Positions 57,426-64,000 of a stretch of 64,000 bases of DNA are shown here, piece after piece. The position numbers and the translations under genes were made by a program. Below the pieces are notes generated by a model that worked only from the letters and a program-made list of their open reading frames with translations, did not search any database and was not told where the DNA came from. Source of the DNA: the human T2T-CHM13v2.0 reference genome, Homo sapiens; the NCBI RefSeq assembly GCF_009914755.1, contig NC_060942.1, one strand, 5' to 3'. Numbering within the stretch: position 1 is the first letter of the stretch; each line of letters begins with the position of its first letter.

Positions 57426-58557
57426 TACAGTCTTGCAGTATAAGTCCAAGGTAGCTCATGTTCCTCTGTGTGTGTGCGCGCACGCGTGTGCGTGTGTGTT
57501 GGAGGTGCATGTGTGTGTGTACCTACAAATATAAGAGTTTGCTAATACAGCTTTGGAACAACCAAAGAGAGTTCTCAAGGCCATTTAAACCTCAGGGAAG
57601 TGAATTTCCTCTGCAAACAGGTAACCAAAACAAATCTGAACTTCCAGAGTTGCAAATGCATAGAGTGGAAGGCAGCAATTTAGTTAAAAATCCAAGCCAT
57701 TACCTTGTGTTTCTGTTTCCTAAGGAATGTGTGCTCCGGAAGAGAAAACATTAGTATCCTATCCATCAAAGTAGGGAACACATTGTTTTATCTCTTTCCC
57801 TAGAAGTTTTAGGAATTTCCATTATATCCTGTGGGAATTGAAATATCCTTCAGAGATAATCTGCTGCGTGTTTTATCCTCTATCTTATCGACCATACATT
57901 CTTTATGCATTTGCTTATATCATGAAAGGCATCTTTATTTAAAAGTGATATTGTTTAGAAATGAATAGTTGGACATCAGTTGACATCTTTTCTCTCACTT
58001 AAAATATTTATAGCCAGAAAAACTTGTGTTTCATAACATCTGCTTGGACTTCTGATTCATAATGATTTAAATATATGATTACTACAAGATTAGCTGCAGA
58101 AACTAATGGCTTATCCATCTGATCTGATGTATTTTAGGCATGAATGGCTCCCCTCCCCCAGTCATGTGTACCTCTGAGTTATACCCTTTTATACTTGATG
58201 AGACAGATCTTATGTGTGTGTTAAAAGTGTGGGTTTGGGGAATGCTGATGTGGGGACTGCAAATGCTAGTCAGTCCAGAGTGGCTTAACAATAGGCAGAA
58301 AAGGGGTGGGACCCACATACTGTAGTCACATGGTGCTGGGGGGTCAGGAGAAGGAACCAGAGTCAGTGTGAGTACAGAGCAGAGAGAATCTGGAGTTAAT
58401 CAGAGTAGAAGTTATCTGGGTAGTCTGTGGATATCTACCTTGCTGGGGGCAGTGTCGGGGGTTTTATACTCAGGGAGGCAAAGAGTCCAAAAATTCTGGA
58501 TGTGGATTATTTTCCTCTGTCTTGTGCCTGCTGGTATAATCTTTGGCTGACAATATC

Positions 58558-58936
58558 ATTATTAGTCCATTCTTGTATTGCTATGGAGAGCTACCTGAAA
58601 TTGGGTAATGTATGAAGAAAAGAGGTTTAAAGACTCACAGTTCCACAGGCTATACAGAAGCACAGTTGGGGAGGCCTCAGGAAACTTACAATCATGGCAG
58701 AAGGCAAAGGGGAAGCAGGCACATCTTACATGGGTGGAGAATGAGGAAGAGAAAGAAGGGGGAAGCGCTACACACTTTTAAAACAACCAGATCTTGTGAG
58801 AACTCACTATCATGAGAACAGCAAGGGGGAAATCCATCCCCATGATCAAGTCACCTTCCACCAGGCCTCTCCTCCAACACTGAGGATTATAATTTGACAT
58901 GAGATTTGAGTAGGGAAACAGAGCCAAACTATATCA
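58558..58936 (-). mobile_element. MSTA solo LTR
   Basis: tattagtccattcttgtattgctat...ggaggcctcaggaaacttacaatcatggcagaagg...gccaaactatatca. Confidence 0.9.
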
Positions 58937-58990
58937 TTCACTGGAGATAACTAGTTTCAAAACAAGCAACTCCCTTAAAAAATAAGTGTC

Positions 58991-59405
58991 TGTCTTAGTC
59001 TGTTTGTGCTGCTATAACAATATATCTGAGACAGGGTAATTTATAAATAATACGTATTTATTTCACAGATCTGGAGGCTGGGAAGCCCAAGATCAAGGCA
59101 CTGGCAGACTTCATGTCAGGTGTGGCCTGCTCTCTGCTTTCAAGATGGCGCCTTCTTGTTGTGTCTTTGTTTGGCGGAGGGGTGGATGCTGGACCTTCAC
59201 ATGGCAGAAGGGGCGAACGTTATACCCGCTCATGGGGAAGGCAGAAGGGCAAAAGGGCCAGTTAGTTAAGGGTACCAACCCCATTCATGAAACTGGAGTC
59301 CTCATAACTTAATTACCTCCTAAAACCCCCTCCTCTTGGTACTACCATATGGGGCCTTAGGTTCCAACATATGAATTTGGTGGGACACCCATTCAAACGA
59401 TAGAA
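58991..59405 (-). mobile_element. MLT1A-type solo LTR
   Basis: tgtcttagtctgtttgtgctgctataaca start; exact TSD GTGTC (58986-58990 / 59406-59410). Confidence 0.88.
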
Positions 59406-59868
59406 GTGTCCATGCTCAACATTTAAAAATCTGTATAATGCATTATTGAAGAGTTTAAATATTCTAGATTTATTTTCTTTTCAAAACCTGGAAAAATTGC
59501 TCAACATATTATTGGGTGTTTTGCCATTTCTATTATCTAGAATGATAGATTCAATGAATATATTTTAGTATATTATTTTGGTATCACAGGCTAAGAAACA
59601 CCAACTTAGGAAACCTATCTTTCAAAAAAAATCACGTTCACATATAGGATGGCCTACAGACAAAATATGACCCGTAACATTTGGCAACATTTGTTCTTTG
59701 ACCACTCAGTGTTTTCTTTCTAAACATTGAATATGAATGCCTTTAGGCAGGGCACGTTTTCTCGTTGCTGCAAAGGTTCCTCTGCTCCCAGTCAGTTTAA
59801 TCTTTGCAGAGTCACACATGTATCTGTATCTGTATATCCAGATCTATCTCTCTAACTCATCTACGATT

Positions 59869-59908
59869 TGTATGTATGTATGTATCTATCTATCTATCTA
59901 TCTGTCTG

Positions 59909-59940
<32 letters not shown>
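59869..59940. repeat. compound tetranucleotide STR [TGTA]4[TCTA]4[TCTG]2[TCTA]8
   Basis: Counted directly. Confidence 0.95.
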
Positions 59941-59943
<3 letters not shown>

Positions 59944-59999
59944 CTACATCTTAACTCTCTGGCTCCAAGACTTTTATAAATGTTCAATAAATGTATAAA

Positions 60000-60190
60000 A
60001 ACAGCTAACAGGTATTGAAGGCTTACCATGCTGCAGACACAGCCATAGGATGCAAGTACTATTTTTACTTCCATTCTAATATACAGAGGAAATCTAAGAA
60101 AATTGCCCAAGGTAACACAGATGGTAAATGGCAGAGGCTGGGATACAAACTCAGGGGGCCAGCTCCAGAGCTGTTACTCTCCACAACCTT
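60000..60190 (-). mobile_element. MIR
   Basis: gaggaaatctaag...ttgcccaaggtaacacagatggtaaatggcagag. Confidence 0.7.
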
Positions 60191-60418
60191 CTCAGCACAG
60201 TAAACAGCCAGCGGCAAACTCTCCTTTCACTGTGTGAGCGCTTCCACGTCCAGGCTGTGATCCCAGCACAGCCCAAGCTTTATCTACTTCTGAAGTTCAG
60301 ATGCAGAAACATCTGAAAACCTCACATGCACATGTGGGGGCACAAGGACTGAGTGTTCTGGGATCTGACGGACTGACAGGAAAAGACACTCATCTGCTAA
60401 TAAGGCAGCCTCTATAGC

Positions 60419-60667
60419 CAGGACCAGCTATCAGATTTGCAGGGCCCAACGCAAATGGAAAATGGAAAATGTAGGGCCTTTGTTCAAAAGGCAGAAACAA
60501 AGCGCTGTTAAAATGCAGAAATAGACAATGTTTTGCTTTCTTCCCGGCCACTCTTAATCTGTGATGGCACTTTTTGTTTGTTATTAAATGTGCTCCCTCA
60601 TGGACTCAGAGCCATCCAGAGGCCAGCACAGGCTGCTGGTGCCCATGGCCCTGCCCTGCAAGGCCTG
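60419..60667 (+). mobile_element. MER45-like hAT-Tip100 element
   Basis: caggaccagctatcagatttgcagggcccaacgcaaa...gggcctttgttcaaaa. Confidence 0.65.
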
Positions 60668-61242
60668 CTCATATCTACATCTATACACAGGTGTGTTATG
60701 TACATTTTCTCTGCCTCAATTCCTTATTTATCACATCAGGTTGGAGTAGAACAACCTCATAAGCTTATTGTGAGGATTAAATAAGTAGACATACATAAGA
60801 ATGCTCACAATAGTTTCTGACATGTAGTAAACAATATGCAAGGGCTAGGCATTTTTCCATTTATTATTTCTTATTATTTTTGAACCCGAACTAACACTTG
60901 GATGTCTAGTCAATATTTAGTAATCAGGAACTAATTCAAGGATTTCAAGATGTCTGAGACTTTGTAAGGCAAATAAGAGTGTTGACTCAATACTGTATCT
61001 ATCCTGTGCAAGGCATAGGGCTAGGAGTTTCAAGGGCATCCAGGATTCCACCAAGTGGTCAGTGATCTTCGGGATGATGGTCTATTGGGGAGGTAATGCA
61101 GGAACAAAGATGCTAGGATGAAGCCATGGACCTAAAGTGTTGTAGGGACAGTAAGAGCTTCTGGGACTCAGTGAATGAAACCAAGGAGGGTTCCTCCAAG
61201 AAGTTCGTGTGAGCCAAGTTCTGCAGGGTAGGAGGTCCCTAA

Positions 61243-61960
<718 letters not shown>

Positions 61961-62419
61961 TTAGTAATCTTTTACGCCCATTTTAAAGTTTTGGACAAAT
62001 TTTCTGGACACCACTGCAGTAATGAATGCGTGGGAGCGTGGTGGAAAGGTGCATAGAGGCCGTTTGTTATCAAAGATGCACAGGGAACAGGAATCTCAGA
62101 GGTGAAGCTGGCGGCATCACCTCTCCTGGCTTCTCTTTCAGACAGCTGGTAGGTCCCAGCAGGGCTTGGGGCAGCTCAGGTCCTGCCTGGTACTTCAGGG
62201 CTTTGGGGAAAGAGATCCAACTCTTTCTGCTAAGGGGTCTCAACAGCCTCTGGCTATTCAAACACATTAAGCTTTATCACTTATTTGCACCTTGCTGAAG
62301 GTCAAACGGGCTGTGAGTTCTTTTATCACAGTCATTTCCTACTTAATATAACTGAAGGCAAGACAATGAAGACGTGGGACTTGGTGGAGGAGGGGAGACA
62401 CTGCCTGGTATGTATCTAC

Positions 62420-62580
62420 AAAGTCATAGGAAATTCTCTCATTTCATTTATTGTGGACAGCAACACAGCAGCTTTACAAGGTTGGTAGCATTATTCCCAA
62501 TTTTGCAAAGGAGGAAACTGAGAGATGAAGGAATTTTCCCAGGGTGAAGCTTGGAGAGGCAGAGATTGAACTCTGTACTT
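62420..62580 (-). mobile_element. MIR
   Basis: cattattcccaattttgcaaaggaggaaactgaga core. Confidence 0.65.
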
Positions 62581-63827
62581 TGTCCTTAGACAAGGAGCCA
62601 AGAAAGGAGGGCAACGTTGGGCCTCAGGCCAAGGACCATGATCAGGGCTCTGGGGGCTTGGGGCTGGAGGTGGAGAAAGATGAGGAAAGGTGGTAGAACC
62701 TGAAGACTATGCCTGGCCTTGGCTTTCAAGCAAAGACACCTTATATCTAAGTGTGGCTTCATCCCTGGGTGACAGATGGGGCTAATATATTCATCAGAAG
62801 GCCCATGGACCATTCCTAACTGTCATCGCTTACAGGCTACAGAGTGAGTGCTTCACTTTGCTGAACTTCCGCTACCTTATCTACAGAACAAGGGGTCTGG
62901 GCAAGAATCCCTCTCAGGTCTTCTTCAGCACCAGTGCCATGTGACTAAGAAACTCAGAAGGTAATTAACAACAGTAACATGCGAGGGAAAACAGCTTGTT
63001 ACAAGCACTAGAGAGAGAAAAAATAAAAACCAAATTCCACCCAAAGAGAATTTCAAATCAAATGTAGGTAAATCTGCCAAATAACTCTGCCTGTTAAATG
63101 CAATCTTTCTGGCCTCTACTCCCCCTGGTCGGTAAATATCCAAAATTGTGATGCTGTCCGGCTGCAGCTCTTTCCTAAGCTTTTTAAGGACATTAGCTTT
63201 GGTCCTTTGCATGACTGAGAGATGAAAGGGTTACGCCCTGGTTCTGTGGATGCCACAAACCTAGGGGTTATTTACGGTTCTGCTGTCTTTTCTGGTTGCT
63301 GGGACCTTCTGCGTCCTGGTGCCATTAGCCTGCCTTCCGCTGTCTCTCCAGGCTTGCTCAGGCTTTTCACCTTCACTGTTGATTACAAAACCTCAGCTGG
63401 ATGCTGCCGAATGTAAACCTACAGCTCAGCCTAAAATAAAAGGAAAGTCAGCTCGGGAGATGGGGTGAGCACTTGAAACACCTGGGGCTGGATTGAGGTT
63501 GGCTTTTAACCACATTTCTAGGAGTAAACCCTCCAGCCAGCGCTGGCCAGTGTCACACAGTGTGACTGTTCCAGCCATCCTGTCCCACCCTGATCAACTC
63601 TGGGTCTCCATTCCTGCATCTTGTGCTTAGGCCATTGGGGAAGAATGGGCGATAAATGCATCAATTGACAAGTCCGAAGCTCCAAAGCAATCCTTACTGT
63701 TAAAAGCCCTCTCCCAAGTCACAGCCTACTGAGGGCACGTTATCTAATAACCCCAAGGCTTTTACCAAATAGAGTTAGTCTTATGAAGTGAACATAATAC
63801 TCAATGAGAAACTGGAGATTTGTTTTT

Positions 63828-64000
63828 CCATTCAGTAAATATTTAAGGAGTACCTATGTGTGTCAGCCACTATTCTAACAGCATTAACACAATAGCAAAA
63901 GTCCCTGACTTCATGGAACTTACATTCTAATGAGCAGACAGTAGCAATAAACAAATAAGTATATGATATAAAGAAATATGCAGAAAATAAGATAAGGAAA
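63828..64000 (-). mobile_element. L2 3' end, truncated by the window edge
   Basis: cattcagtaaatattta...tacctatgtgtgtcagccactattcta...gtccctgacttcatggaacttacattcta. Confidence 0.8.

Noticed and set aside
59869-59940. Identification as a named forensic STR such as D3S1358
   Set aside because: The flanks and repeat structure do not match what I recall for that locus.

Overview
Primate (human-like) AT-rich genomic DNA dominated by interspersed repeats: about 25 Alu/FLAM/FRAM copies, a near full-length degenerate old primate L1 (46.4-53.1 kb), a complete MSTB-like MaLR provirus, several solo LTRs, and L2, MIR and DNA-transposon relics. No ORF in the track matches a protein family I recognise except decayed L1 ORF1/ORF2. 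Three features are not explained by repeats. (1) A non-Alu ~400-bp inverted duplication (30471-30879 / 32093-32471) encloses a well-formed candidate exon in its 1.2-kb spacer. (2) A chain of short + strand candidate exons with good splice sites (564 to 55035) can be joined into an 88-aa or a 149-aa ORF, depending on whether that exon is skipped or included. (3) A perfect 5x63-bp tandem array carries a CTCF-like motif in every unit and faces away from a consensus CTCF site at 7984. Repeat subfamily names are recalled from consensus sequences, identities are by-eye estimates, and the host gene is not identified.
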